A program made the position numbers and the translations under genes. Source: Lingula anatina (Eukaryota; Animalia; Brachiopoda). Taken from it: a stretch of 64,000 nt of DNA. Shown here piece after piece: positions 26,664 through 38,829 of the stretch. The stretch covers positions 16,616,001 to 16,680,000 of the forward strand of contig CM120642.1 in assembly GCA_051362555.1 (NCBI GenBank), written 5' to 3'. The notes under the pieces were generated by a model, which made no database searches, was not told the DNA's origin, and worked only from the letters and a program-made list of their open reading frames with translations. How positions within the stretch are numbered: position 1 is the stretch's first letter; each line of letters opens with the position of its first letter.

Positions 26664-29600
26664 GCGTTTATTTCAATATTACTTGCAAATGAGTTATAAC
26701 TAAATAAATCCAAAACATCATTTCGAAATTTATGCACAATTAATTCACTCCTAGTGACCTATACAAATCACAAGACAAATGTAGACTTGGTACTTTAAGT
26801 ACCACTACATCAGACATACAAAAGTCAATAGTTTACCACCTGTTTACCTGTTTTTCTCTCTGGTGTAACTTCTGTATGGTTGTTGAAAAATCTCTCTGAT
26901 GGTCATTTATGCTTACGGCAAACTCTGATTCATCTGAAAAAATAAATATGAAATCTATACATTTAATTAATATAATCAATCTACAAAGAATTATTAGAGC
27001 ACCTAAAAATTATGTGCACAGCAGGGGCCAACTGCACTGCTGTGTAAACAAACACGCTAGGTTATCATCAAAACTTTTCTTAATAAGTCATCATATCTCT
27101 CAAATTTGTGTTTTGGACTTTGAATATTTTGCTTGATGGCCTTTTTTTTGTCAAGAAACATGTTGTCACCTAACTGATTTTGTCTGTCGAAGCAACATAT
27201 GTCATATTACCTTAGACTGTTACTGAAAGAGGCTCCTAGTTTCTGTCAAATAGTGGCTTTAACATCTGAGCTCCATTTCACAAGAAAAAATCCCTATAAA
27301 ATCAGTCTTTACATAGACTGCTTAGAATATTCGCTGAATATGTGTAAGCAGTGCAAATAGGCATCAAACATTTACTCTTTGACTGGCAATTCCAATTTCT
27401 CGAAAGTGAGGTAATGTGTGTAAACATTGGGAGCAAGAGAAAACATACTTTCCATGAGTTTGATTAAAGGGATAATAACTCTTCATATGAGACCTATATT
27501 TCACAATAAAAACCTTGTGAATAACTCATAGAAATATAATATATTCTGTTTTACCACAAAAACAGCAGTTATAGCTTTTATTCTGATATTTGAACTTGTC
27601 TTTAGACCACGTGACCTCCATTGATGTCTATACTCTGTTAAAATCTCTTAAGAGATTTTAACAAAAAACCAAACTTTCTAGAAAAAAACCAGGGACTAAC
27701 TTTGAATGTAAAAATGGATTCATTAACCATTGGTAAGCATGGGTAAATTGTTGTTTACTCCAGGAAAATTCATTTTTTGGCCGAAACGAAGAGTTATTAT
27801 TGCTTTAATTTTGAAAATCTACAGTTATAATAAATATAAACCTTACTATATAGAAAATAATTCTGTTGAGTTCACTAATTACCCAAATTGATATTGAAAC
27901 TCACGCCTTCTCTGGCACCGTCTGAGCCCAGGAGGGGAGACACTATGTGATACGGGACGGTGGCAGATGCTGATCTCCCAAACTAATGACAAGAGTGGTT
28001 TTGTGTTCAAATTTTTATTAAAAACAAAAAGAAAAATAAAAAGATAATGTTACAATGAGCTTAAGTTAAGCAAGCACTTTTTTAATACTCAGTCTCTGAT
28101 TTTGGTAGCATTATACTTTAAGTATCTCTTTAAAAGTCTTAGACCAGTGTTTAGTTTTTAGTTTCAATGAAAACATCTTTAGTAGCCTCTGGACTCTTGG
28201 TAGCGTCTGGTCTGGAAGAAAACCTAGATAATGCATGGGAACATCTGCTGACACTGCCCGTCTAGAATTTAATTTCATTCTGACTGCCACACAGTCCTCA
28301 TGGTTGTGTACATCACACAAGATGGTCACTGCATGCTGGGGGGGTTCTACCGGTCACTGCATGCTGGGGGATTCTACCAGTCACTCGGTGAGTTGCCTAG
28401 GACTCTCCAGAATTCTCGTCTGGAACCAAAATTTCTGACTCCTAATTGGTAACTAAAACATCACCTCTTGAAAACGCAAGCCTACAATCATGGGTGTCAG
28501 CTTCCAGTCAGAATCTCTTCAGGTTCTTGACAGATTCATGTCTCTTCTAATGGCTCAAGGTACGCAGGATTCTTGTAGCTCTTGTAACTCTGCGGCACTC
28601 TTAGGCATGCGTTGGACAAGGAACATGTTCTAGCTAGAAGACAGACAGAGGGTATGTTCTAGCAGACTCCACCACAGGCAGTGACCTTCATCGGAATAAC
28701 ATCGCTTGGCCTGTGGCTCCTGGATTTTGCCTTCTAATAGATAAATGCAGGGATCGAATGACCTGATGAAAAAATCATAATGTGACTTCGGCACTTTTGT
28801 AGTATGTGATGAACAAGAAAATGTAAAAAACTGTTTGAAAAGTGAAAGTTACAGAAAGTTACAGGGTGGGGGGAATACTACAAAAGCACCGTGACTTCTT
28901 GGAAATATTACCTGCCAAGAAGAGCCCCTCACTAACATATGGCAGCTGACCCGACGAAGAAAAAATCGTGTTGATTTGTTAAATTGTATCAACGACATTA
29001 AGTAATAAGTAATATATTTCGCTTTTATATCAACCTATTTTTTAATTACCCTTTCTACTAGTTTCCTTGCAACTGGACTTGTTTTTTCAAGTGTATTGCA
29101 CTGTATTGCGCAATTCAGTCACACTGCTGTTACACCTCTCCCAATCCCCCCCTCCCCCTGCCAACGGCACCACATACACTAACCGCCATCTCTGAATATT
29201 AACATGCTATTTTTTTCAACCTTGTACTTTGCACAAGCACACTCCAAAAAAATTATACCAGTAGTAGTAGTAGCTGAAATTGCTGAGATCGCTGCCAATA
29301 GAGAGGTTTTGCAGCCGTGCGGATATGCATACGGAAACGGATACGTCATCAGTTTATGTGTATATTTGACGGCATTGAAACCTGTAGCGTCAAATCTGTA
29401 GTGGTTGAGCGGGATATATACATCCATATACGTAGTTGACAAGGGGGCGTCTCGATAGTCTGAAGGTTCATTGGTCCGAAGGTTCATTGGTCCGAAAAAT
29501 GGTAACACATTTATCTTTTTTTTAATCAAGGGTTCATTGGTCCGAAGGTTCTATAGTGAATATTCGGACCAATGAACCTTCGGACTATTGAACCTTTGGA

Positions 29601-32600
29601 CTATTGCTACGGCCCCGTTGAAAAACGGATATGTTTTACTTCTATTTCACACGATGTATGACCACAAGTATCTTATATTTTGGGTTGCATGAATTGCTGA
29701 AGACTTATACAATCTCTCTGTACGTATATTAGATGCACCCTGAGCTTCAGAGATAACTTGACACTAACCTCTTCACTATTAGCCTATCTTCATCGTGTCA
29801 AGTTACCTCTGACGAAAATAGTTTGACCTAGTTTATATAAGCCAATCGAATCCATGTTTCAAAATTTTTCACCAAAGTTTGGTGAAAACGCTGATTGGTT
29901 GACCGTCAATCGGCAATCCTCGGCTGATTCCGCAAGCTCCATACTAACAACATAGTTATTGTCGAGTGCGGAGACATCCGAGTAGTTCCGAGTGCATAAC
30001 CGTACACAAAGAAAGCATGGAGTATATCGGAATTGAAACCAGAGCAGTTTGATGCCCTGCATAATTATCTACTGAGGGATGATGTATTTTGCGTGCTGCC
30101 CACAGGTTACGGCAAGTCCCTGATATTCAGCCTTATCTTTGATTGGTCCGGATTTGAACAAAGCGCGCTTTGACTCGTTCGCGTTCATTGGCTAGATCGT
30201 TCAATGAGTCATTGAGTGCGGGCTTTAAATTTGATTGGCGGGCGGCGGAGGCAATCGAATGTGGTCAGAGGTAACTTGACACGATGAAGATAGGCTATAG
30301 TGAAGAGGTTAGTGTCAAGTTGTCTCTGAAGCTCAGGGTGATTAGATGTTGCCCCCTTACGAAAAAGTCCTATAGGATCCTATAGGAAATTGGGAAAAGA
30401 AAGTGAAAAAAAATCATACAGCCGCTATATCTGGTATCCGTTCCCGTAACCGTATCAACACCGCTTGCGAAACCTCCCTAATTTTAAATATTTTTGAGAG
30501 AAACAATTTAAGCCTGTATACACGAACTGAAAATGTTTACTCACCCTCATACAGACTCAAAGCCTATTCTCATGAACATTATCCCGTTAAACTACCCATA
30601 AACATAATATGGCTGGCGATATCTTGCATTAATCGACAAAAATCCCTTCGTTGCAGTGCTCGTCGCGTTTGTTTACCTTGCCGCCATCTTACAAATGACG
30701 TTTTAAGTGCCCCATTTTTGATGACATAATACGCGGTAAACATCAGGTGAAAACTGCCCGATTGGCTGGGGCGTGGTCCTATTTATGTCTACTCCGAAAT
30801 CACGGAGAAGATATGGCAGCATAAAATCGAGATATAAAGGTAACACTAAATGAGCGAATGACTAATCGACAAGATCAACTTCGTCGTACAACTTAGACGG
30901 GACAGCAATAACTTGTTAGACATATTTAAATGCTCTGAATATAGTTCACCAAAACGGCAGCGAAACTCAGATTATTGCAATATTTTGTAGGAATTATAGT
31001 CTTAAACAAACCCATGACGTTTGCCTCAGTTAACGATAAGGGTACCTCGTGAACATATGTGTGGCCGCTTTCTGTACCCATTTGTAACGAGGCGCTGGAA
31101 TTTTCAACCAGTGCTGGTAAGCGAGTTAGTAATTAATCAGAATCCCTGCCGAAAACAAGGGCAAAAATGTGTTAGTCTTAGGGTGCATCCCAGAGATTTA
31201 GATCGATCCAGAGATTTAGATTGACCTAACTCCCTGGGGTTTCACGCTAAATTGCAGTCAGCCGAGCGCGCACCATAGTTAATAACCCCCTTACAGCTTT
31301 TAGTAGGCGGGACAGACGCTTAAGCCCGCTAAGCTGACAACAATCTAGTGAGACTCCCAACAGGGATAGATCGATCTAAAATCTATGGGAATGGGGTCTT
31401 AGACGCTTTAGAGAAAAATCAATACATCATACCGAACAATGATGTTTATATACAGACCACGAGTTAATAAGCCCACCAATTCATTGTACCACCAGCGTTA
31501 GCGCTAGCGGTACACATGGTTTTAGTCCTGACCGGATCGTTCCGCCGGCTCCGCCTACAAGTTACCGTTACCGCTTTTCCTCCTAGACGGTAAGGGCCCC
31601 CATACCCATCTCTTGGATTTAGGTCACCTATAATCTCAACTAAAATTTGGGCTTTGTCCGTATTGGGGTCTAGGTGTGGCACTCATTGCAATGCACCCTT
31701 GTCCAAAAATGGCAAAATTAAGTGCTAATTATCTACCCTATGGAAGGGGTTATGGGAAAATTTTCTACAGACGGCTTTCCAAAAGTCATATGTGTAGATT
31801 TCAAATATGCCATTGGATTTGACCTTTGACCTTTATTTCAAGGTCAAACGGGCCAAAATTTTCAAAAAAATGAATTTTTTAACGAAAAAAAAATTATTTG
31901 CCCTGTTATTCAGACACCACACAGACTTAACCAATAATATTATCGGAAGTTTTACCCTTCAGGTCATCTTTCATCTCCTTGAATTTGGGGTCAATCGGTG
32001 CATTTTCACAGAAGTAGCGGCCATAAGATACCGAAACTGAAAACTGTCTCTAATTCGGGAACCGTTAATGCTAGAGACCCATTCTTTTTTGCATTTTGTA
32101 GAGCATGTAAAGCCCAACACTGGGGGTGGTCTTCGTTTTTTTGTATTCCCAGTTATGCTGTATCAAAAAGTACATATTGGTGGTGAAAGGAAAATGTGCA
32201 GTACGGTAATGGATAATAAATTTTGAACTCTGGAAAAATAAAACATAAGGCTTGGCAAAGCAGACAACTTGTGGTCAAAAATGACATTATTTCATCAAAT
32301 TTGAACTTCTGGAACTTCAGAGTACCTTCCATTTCAAGAATTTTGACCAAAATGACCTTTTCTTTATTTTAATTAATTTTTTCTGTAGGAAATTTATGGC
32401 AAATTATGGTAACCCCAAAATTATAACATTTAGTCCCTTATATCTCCAAAACTGGCAGAGATAGGTCCATAGTTACTATTGAACTTGAATAGGAAGTCAT
32501 ATACTGGCAATCCTACTGTGACCTTGAAATTGACCTTTGACCTACTTTTCATCATGAATTGAACTTTGCAAATTTTGCTTCTCTTTTATCTCCAAAACTG

Positions 32601-35600
32601 GCAGAGATAGGTCCATAGTTACTTTTGAAGTTGAATAGGAAGTCATATACTGGCAATCTAAATGTGACCTTGAAATTGACCTTTGACCTACTTTTCACCA
32701 TGAGTTGAACGGCTACCGTTACCGCTTATCCTCCTAGACGGTAAGGGCCCCCGTACCCATCTCTTGGATTTAGGTCACCTATAATCTCAGCTCGTTCCAC
32801 GTAAAATTTGGGCTTTGCCGGTATTGGGGTCTGGGTGTGGCACTCATTGCAATGCACCCTTGTCCAAAAATGGCAAAATTAAATGCTAATTATCTACCCT
32901 ACGGAAGGGGTTATGGGAAAAATTTCTACAGACGGCTTTCCAAAAGTCATATGTGTAGATTTCAAATATGCCCTTGGATTTTACTTCAAGGTCAAACGGG
33001 CCAAAATTTTCAAAAAAATAATATTTTTTATGAAAAAAAATTTTTTTTTTGCCCTGTTATTCAGACACCACACAGACTTAACCAATAATATTATTGGAAA
33101 GTGTTACCCTTCAGGTCATCTTTCATCTCCGTGAATTTGGGGTCAATCGGTGCATTTTCACTGGAGTAACGGCCATAAGATGCCGAAACTGAAAACTGTC
33201 TCTAATTCGGGAACCGTTAATGCTAGAGACCCATTCTTTTTTGCATTTTGTAGAGCATGTAAAGCCCAACACTGAGGTGGTCTTCGTTTTTTTGTATTCC
33301 AAACGGTTTTCGAGTTACGCTATCAAAAAGTACATATTGGTGGTGAAAGCAAAATGTGCAGTACGGTATAGTCAGGTGGCTCAGTCCAAATTTTTTCCAG
33401 AATTGTGCAATAGATGATAAAAGCATGAAACTTTCCCCGATGAATAACCATTGGGTGTTCATCTATTTTGGATCAGGGGGTTGACAAACACCCAATGGTC
33501 ATTCATCGTGGAAAATTTCATGCTGTTATCATCTTTTGCACAATTCTGGATAAAATTTGAACTGAGCCGCCTGACTACTTTTCACCATGAACTAAACTTT
33601 GCATATTTTGCTTCCCTTTCATATCCAAAACTGGCAGAGATAGGTCCATAGTTACTATTGAACTTGAATAGGAAGTCATATACTGGCAATCTAAATGTGA
33701 CCTTGAAATTGACCTTTGACCTACTTTTCATCATGAATTGAACTTTGCAAATTTTGCTTCCCTTTTATCTCCAAAACTGGCAGAGATAGGTCCATAGTTA
33801 CTATTGGACTTGAATGGGAAGTCATATACTGGCAATCTAAATGTGACCTTGAAATTGACCTTTGACCTACTTTTCACCATGAGTTGAACTTTGCAAATTT
33901 TAGTTCCCTTTTATCTCCAAAACTGGCAGAGATAGGTCCATAGTTTCTATTGAACTTGAATAGGAAGTCATATACTGGCAATCTAAATGTGACCTTAAAA
34001 TTGACCTTTGACCTACTTTTCACCATGAACTGAACTTTGCAAATTTTGCTTCTCTTTTATCTCCAAAGCTGGCAGAGATAGGTCCATAGTTACTATTGAA
34101 CTTGAATAGGAAGTCATATACTGGCAAGCTAAATGTGACCTTGAAATTGACCTTTGACCTACTTTTTATCATGAATTGAACTTTGCAAATTTTGGTTCTC
34201 TTTTATCTCCAAAACTAGCGAGATAGGTTCATAGTTACTATTGAACTTAAATAGGGAGTCATATACTGGCAAGCTAAGTGTGACCTTGAAATTGACCTTT
34301 GACCTACTTTTTATCATGAATTGAACTTTTCAAATTTTGGTTCCCTTTTATCTCCAAAACTAGCGAGATAGGTCCATAGTTACTATTGAACTTGAATAAG
34401 AAGTCATATACTGGCAATTTACTGTGACCTTGAAATTGACCTTTGACCTACCTTACGATGAACTTAAATTTGATTGTACCATTTTTAGTTATATATATTT
34501 TTTGCATATTTTGAAAATTCTTGTTGATTGCATTTTTACAGCTTGTCAAGCACAAGACTGGTGGCTGTGTCCCTTATTCTAATACAGAAACAGAATGTCA
34601 CTTTTTCGAACAAAAATCGTGGTAACATAAAAGTTATTTTCTATTACGTACATACAAGAGATTTAATTTCCTCCGTTTATTGCTGCATTTATGTAATGTC
34701 ACAGGGATTTAAAGAAAAGTATAATGGTCATCACACAAAGGGCCCCACATTTTTTTTAATATCTTTTATTTTTGTTTATCAGTCTATTAATATATCTAAT
34801 CTAAATTGCGTGTATGTAACTGGTAATAAAATTTAGCACATCAAATAGTTGACTCATTTTGTTAAGTCTGAATTGAATATTTCAAAGAAATCCCATTGAA
34901 TAATTACTATATGTTGTATTAGTGCTCCCAGGAACAAATTTCTCCATTTTGATCTGTTATCAATCTCCATTGTTCGGTTAAAGTTTTTCATTGCTCTTTA
35001 AAGCAACAAAAACAAAATAATTTTTCCAATTTTTTTCTACGCAGGGATCCTGATTTACTACTCACATGAAGTGGGCATTTCTTTATACTATAGTACTGTA
35101 CAAAGTTCACGTAGTGCAGGCACCTCAAAACTTTCATTTACTTTTTTAAAATAGATATAATAACAAATATAAATACTACTGTGAAAAAACTTTTTGCTGG
35201 CCTATTAATTACACTTCCCTAAAACCATACATATATTTATAAAATGATACTAACTGTGCTTATTTGCTGCATTTCACCTTTAATTATATATCAGTTTTAT
35301 TACATGTTTTGAATGATTGTACCAGTGTTGTGAAGATTTTGATCACTATTCTACTCATAAATAATAAATAATGTAACATGTCACAACTGTTTATGAGCTA
35401 GTACAGACACAAATAGCTGTCAGCTATGTCTATAGTTGCCATGTACTGCTAGTGATAACATGACACGTGGAAAACCATTTTTACCTTTTCTCTTCAAACT
35501 TACAGAACTGATGAATACTCATAATTTCATAAAATATAGGTCAAGTTTGAAAATGAGCACGATGGGGCCATTTTTTTTTTCAAAAGTTATGCCTTTTTTT

Positions 35601-38267
35601 TTTTTTTTTTTGCTTTGCTTTTTTTAAAGCATATATGCAACACTGGTAACACACTTCTAGGATCAATCTAAATAAAATATAGATCAAGACCATTTTTTTC
35701 AAAAGTTATACAGTTTTTTTTTTTTTTGCTGTTTTCAGCATAATTTATCCACCATTATACATAAACCATGAAATCACAGTCATATTTTGCTTTAATACTT
35801 GTAGGACTGATTCATAGGACTGATATACAGATCAAGTATAAAAGTAAGCTTGATCGTTTCAGGTTTGATGAAGTTATGCCTTTTTTGTATGTAAGTGATA
35901 TGCGAATAATAACGACAGTGCATAAAATAATATTAAACAATGCTTAACAGCATAAACACCATTACTATTGTTTATGTTAAAATACAGACAATATTCCTAA
36001 GTACTACAGATCCAGGTGGATGGGAGTTAAAAGTCACATCTTAAAAACGGTGTTTGAAAAATAAAAAATTAACAAAAAATTTGAAAATGCCAATATCTGA
36101 AAAATTAACATTAAATTAAAATCAACATTGCACAAGAATTGCAATACTTCTAGAAAAAGAATTCAATCAGGCTGGTTTTCAAATTCATACTGTATTTCAG
36201 TCCTATGAATCTTTTCTATAAGTTAGAGCATCATAAGTAAGGGACCATTCCCACAGATATTTGGATCGATCTATCTCCCTGGGGAGTCTCACTTAATTGC
36301 TTTCAACCTGACCGACTTAAATGTCTGTCATGCCTAGTAAAGCTGTTAGGGGGTAATAATCTTTATCCCCTAGCTGATTCAGTAGGCGTGACAGACGTGT
36401 AAGCCGGTTAGTTGACAGCAATTAGTGAGACTCCCCAGGGAGCTAGATTGATCCAGATGGATCGATCTAGGTATGGGAACCCAGTCTAACATGGCTTTCC
36501 TTAAATGATCATTATAGCAGCAGTGCCCAAAACAGCATTTTCTTCAATTTTGATGCAATATAACATAATGCTTAAAAGCAAAATCACTAAATTTTAAAAA
36601 TATATAATATACATTTCATGGATATTCAGGAAATGTTACTAGCAATAGCCTTCAGGCCCATGGAAATTCAAAACCACAGCTCAAAAATGCCATAATGTGA
36701 AAGTTGAACACTTCACAAAAAAAATAAGCATAACTTCCAAAAAAAAAAAAAAAACAATTGCTCCTGTCCTTTTGAAGGCAATCGGTCAACAGATTTTCAC
36801 TCAATGTGTTATCTGTCTTGCATCTATGCTGAAAAAAGCATAAAAAAAGCAAAGCCCTTGAAAAAGCTTATTTTCGAGCTCAAATTGTATTCAATAAATA
36901 CTTATTAAAGTCAAAACAATAGATAAAACAATTTTCTGCTCATGTTAAACTGCATGGCAACGACAGACGCAGGGTATGGCTAATATGTACATACATGATG
37001 TCTGTGTTATAATCCCTGTGCAGCTTTAGGTGACAAACTCTGTCAAGGTGACATGCAGCTGACATTTTTAGGCCTGAGAAGATACTTGTTCCAGCTCCAA
37101 CTGGGTGACTTATGGCTGTTAAGGATATTGTAAGCTTTTGTCAAAAACTCCTTATTTACTGCCTTACAAACATCATTTTGGATAACAGATTTATCTTCAG
37201 TGTTCAGTGACTAAATTAGCAAATGTCATCTTAGGGGTGACGTCATAATTGCAATTTTGGGGTAAAAATGGAAAAATCAGTTTCTCAAATTTCTCCCTCA
37301 CCTGAGCACCCATGAACACTGTTTTAACACCAATTTAATGACACCATTTAGAACTCCAAAACCCTGCCTGCGATTTTTCATAAAAGCCTTAGTTCAGAAT
37401 TGATTGTTGACAAAGCAAAATAAGGCCTTTGTTTAATGAAAATCTGTAAATAGGGGCTCATAGCTCCACAACAACAGGCATTTACACCAAAATTATGGCA
37501 CTGGTTTGTAGCCTATGCACTTGTGATCAATGATGCCAATTATCGTGGTATAATCCTATTCAGGGATGAAGTTACCAGTACGCCCCAAAATACGGTGTTA
37601 AATTGACGATATAAGCCTATGCTGATACATGCAATGAGGAATATAAACACCGATATTTTATTTTTTCGAGGGGATTATATTGTTTATAATCAGCTCAAAG
37701 GTAGACACATTATTGAATCATTAACCTAATTTTCGGTATCTGGATGATAATCCTTTACAGTAAGACAACAAGTGCCCTCACTTCGCTAACCAGCACTCAT
37801 TTATTGCATCGGTCTCTAGCTGGTACGCTTTCTAACTTTTTATCATAATGCATTGCAATGGCCTAGTTTCTTTAGCAGGGAGACAACTGCTATACAATCA
37901 GAACAAACTGATGACCCTCACATAAATTTCGTACCTATTTTCAACAGTATACCTGTTGTGCATTTAATATAAGTACCGAGCAACGTGCAGCCGGTGCAGC
38001 TGTGCATCACGTTAAGGGAAAAGAGGGAGGCATTTAATATAGACCTACCAGAGTTCACCCAACTACTGGAGAACACGAAATGCGTTACAGTACAAAGCCA
38101 CCTCTGCAACCAAATAATGATAGCCTTCATACTACCAGATACTCACCTATCGTGACTACACTGTCGTCATCACCTAATATCATATAGAGAAAGTATACGG
38201 TAAACAGTAACATGTAAAATAAACAACCGGTAACAAATTTGATGTACATCCGGCCCTCTCTAGCCAT
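24909..38267 (-). CDS. MGAT4C: GT54 alpha-1,3-mannosyl-glycoprotein 4-beta-N-acetylglucosaminyltransferase C-like (paralog A), ~342 aa, type II Golgi membrane protein
   Basis: Exons 38267-38147 (MAREGRMYIKFVTGCLFYMLLFTVYFLYMILG.., TM anchor), 26933-26848, 26601-26514, 25642-24909; GT-AG introns, phases 1/0/1 keep frame; motifs LTIGIPS.KR, WRSKQNVDYAF, YYIQIEDD, LEFS.LGFIGKLF, EQPCDWL, SLFQH.G.WSS. Symbol denotes closest family member, not proven orthology. Confidence 0.88.
26628..26660. repeat. (TA)n microsatellite in intron 2 of paralog A
   Basis: TA run next to poly-A, ~25 nt from the exon-3 acceptor. Confidence 0.9.
27946..29175. mobile_element. Putative solo-LTR-like insertion
   Basis: TGTG...CACA(T) ends, ACACT(A) repeated on both flanks (27940-45, 29176-81), minus-strand AATAAA near left end, short internal tandem repeat at ~28324-28386; no coding remnant. 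Confidence 0.35.
29443..29616. mobile_element. Small foldback MITE with subterminal ~15-bp repeats (GG termini, 8-bp TSD; Merlin- or MuDR-like, unclassified)
   Basis: GGTTCATTGGTCCGAA units in inverted arrays; flanks GTTGACAA / GTTGAAAA. Confidence 0.7.
29736..30340 (+). mobile_element. Non-autonomous DNA transposon with 77-78-bp TIRs, perfect 8-bp TSD and RecQ-like helicase remnant
   Basis: ATTAGATG flanks both ends; TIR CACCCTGAGCTTCAGAGA...CTCTGAC; 30030-30128 translates ELKPEQFDALHNYLLRDDVFCVLPTGYGKSLIF (Q-motif plus Walker A of RecQ type). Confidence 0.85.
31181..31398. mobile_element. Harbinger-like MITE (subfamily of 1767-1980)
   Basis: TTA-GGGTGCATCCC...GGGAATGGGGTC-TTA; colinear with 1767-1980. 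Confidence 0.85.
33369..33577. mobile_element. Academ-like palindromic MITE
   Basis: TAG...CTA termini, ~90-bp imperfect TIRs incl. GATAAAAGCATGAAA; absent from the first internal repeat unit. Confidence 0.7.
33585..34450. repeat. 146-bp tandem array, six units (two more at ~32430-32710)
   Basis: GGCAGAGATAGGTCC (or variant) at 33633, 33779, 33925, 34071, 34217, 34362 and 32454, 32600. Confidence 0.95.
36241..36486. mobile_element. Harbinger-like MITE
   Basis: TAA-GGGACCATTCCC...GGGAACCCAGTC-TAA; homologous to 24407-24653. Confidence 0.85.
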
Positions 38268-38325
38268 ATCAAGTTCAATGCCGAAGTAACGACCTTACTT
38301 ATCTCTCGTCCACGCTCGGCAGTAA

Positions 38326-38340
38326 GTCTGATTGGTTGGA
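38326..38340 (-). promoter_or_regulatory. Candidate CCAAT box of GT54 paralog A
   Basis: CCAACCAATCAG on minus strand ~65 bp upstream of the ATG at 38267. Confidence 0.35.
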
Positions 38341-38481
38341 AAACGATTGTCGTAAACTCACTAGATGATTTAAAAACCGGGAGCTTAAACTTAAAAACAA
38401 CATAAAACGACCTCAGTATGCCATACTAGTCTACCAGAAAGCACCAGCCAATTAAAATCCCGACCCCCCCCCCCCCCGATA

Positions 38482-38613
38482 CCCTCTACCAGGGTTGCAG
38501 CTGTTTTATACTGTTGACATGTGTCACAGTACAGAGATTAGTCATCTATTTAACCAGAGACATAATATCTGTTAATATCTAGTGAAAAATCAATCTGTGG
38601 CCCTGGTAGAGGG
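38482..38613. mobile_element. CCC...GGG/TA-family MITE ~215 bp upstream of paralog A
   Basis: TA-CCCTCTACCAGGG...CCCTGGTAGAGGG; homologous to 23328-23462. Confidence 0.75.
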
Positions 38614-38829
38614 TTCCCCGCGACCTGCGGGACATTTAGCGAATCCTAGTGGGGATTTAATAACGATTTTACAGCATGATTCCACGGGTGGACGGAGAAT
38701 TTTACAAAATTTATCGCAAGCCAAAAAAAAAAAGGCTCTGGCAGTTAGCGGGGGAATTACTAACTAACTTTGAACCGGCAGTATAGTGGGCACCGAAAAG
38801 GACAGGGTTCGTACGCGCGGTTTACTACA

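Larger units (their letters stand above)
29300..30479. mobile_element. Harbinger/ISL2EU-like MITE (~385 bp when nested inserts are removed)
   Basis: ~45-bp imperfect TIRs AG(A/G)GAGGTTT.GCA...TACGG.AACGGATAC; AAT on both flanks (29297-99, 30480-82). Confidence 0.7.
31464..34580. mobile_element. Helentron-associated (HINE/DINE-like) element with internal ~1.15-kb duplication and 146-bp tandem array
   Basis: 5' hairpin TGTACC..AGCG/CGCT..GGTACA, short subterminal inverted match AGCCCACCA/TGGTGGCT, 3' hairpin at ~34539-34560; head repeated at 31562 and 32714; eight 145-146-bp units; ends approximate. Confidence 0.65.

Noticed and set aside
32430-34450. 146-bp array as a CRISPR array
   Set aside because: Whole units repeat with no unique spacers, no cas genes, eukaryotic intron context
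34855-34992. Short minus ORF (MKNFNR...) as alternative TM exon
   Set aside because: Ends in a stop with no in-phase donor; weak hydrophobicity
37918-38130. 70-aa minus ORF as exon 1 of paralog A
   Set aside because: No clean TM helix; 38267-38147 gives MAR-start, TM, strong GTGAGT donor, correct phase and same length as paralog B exon 1
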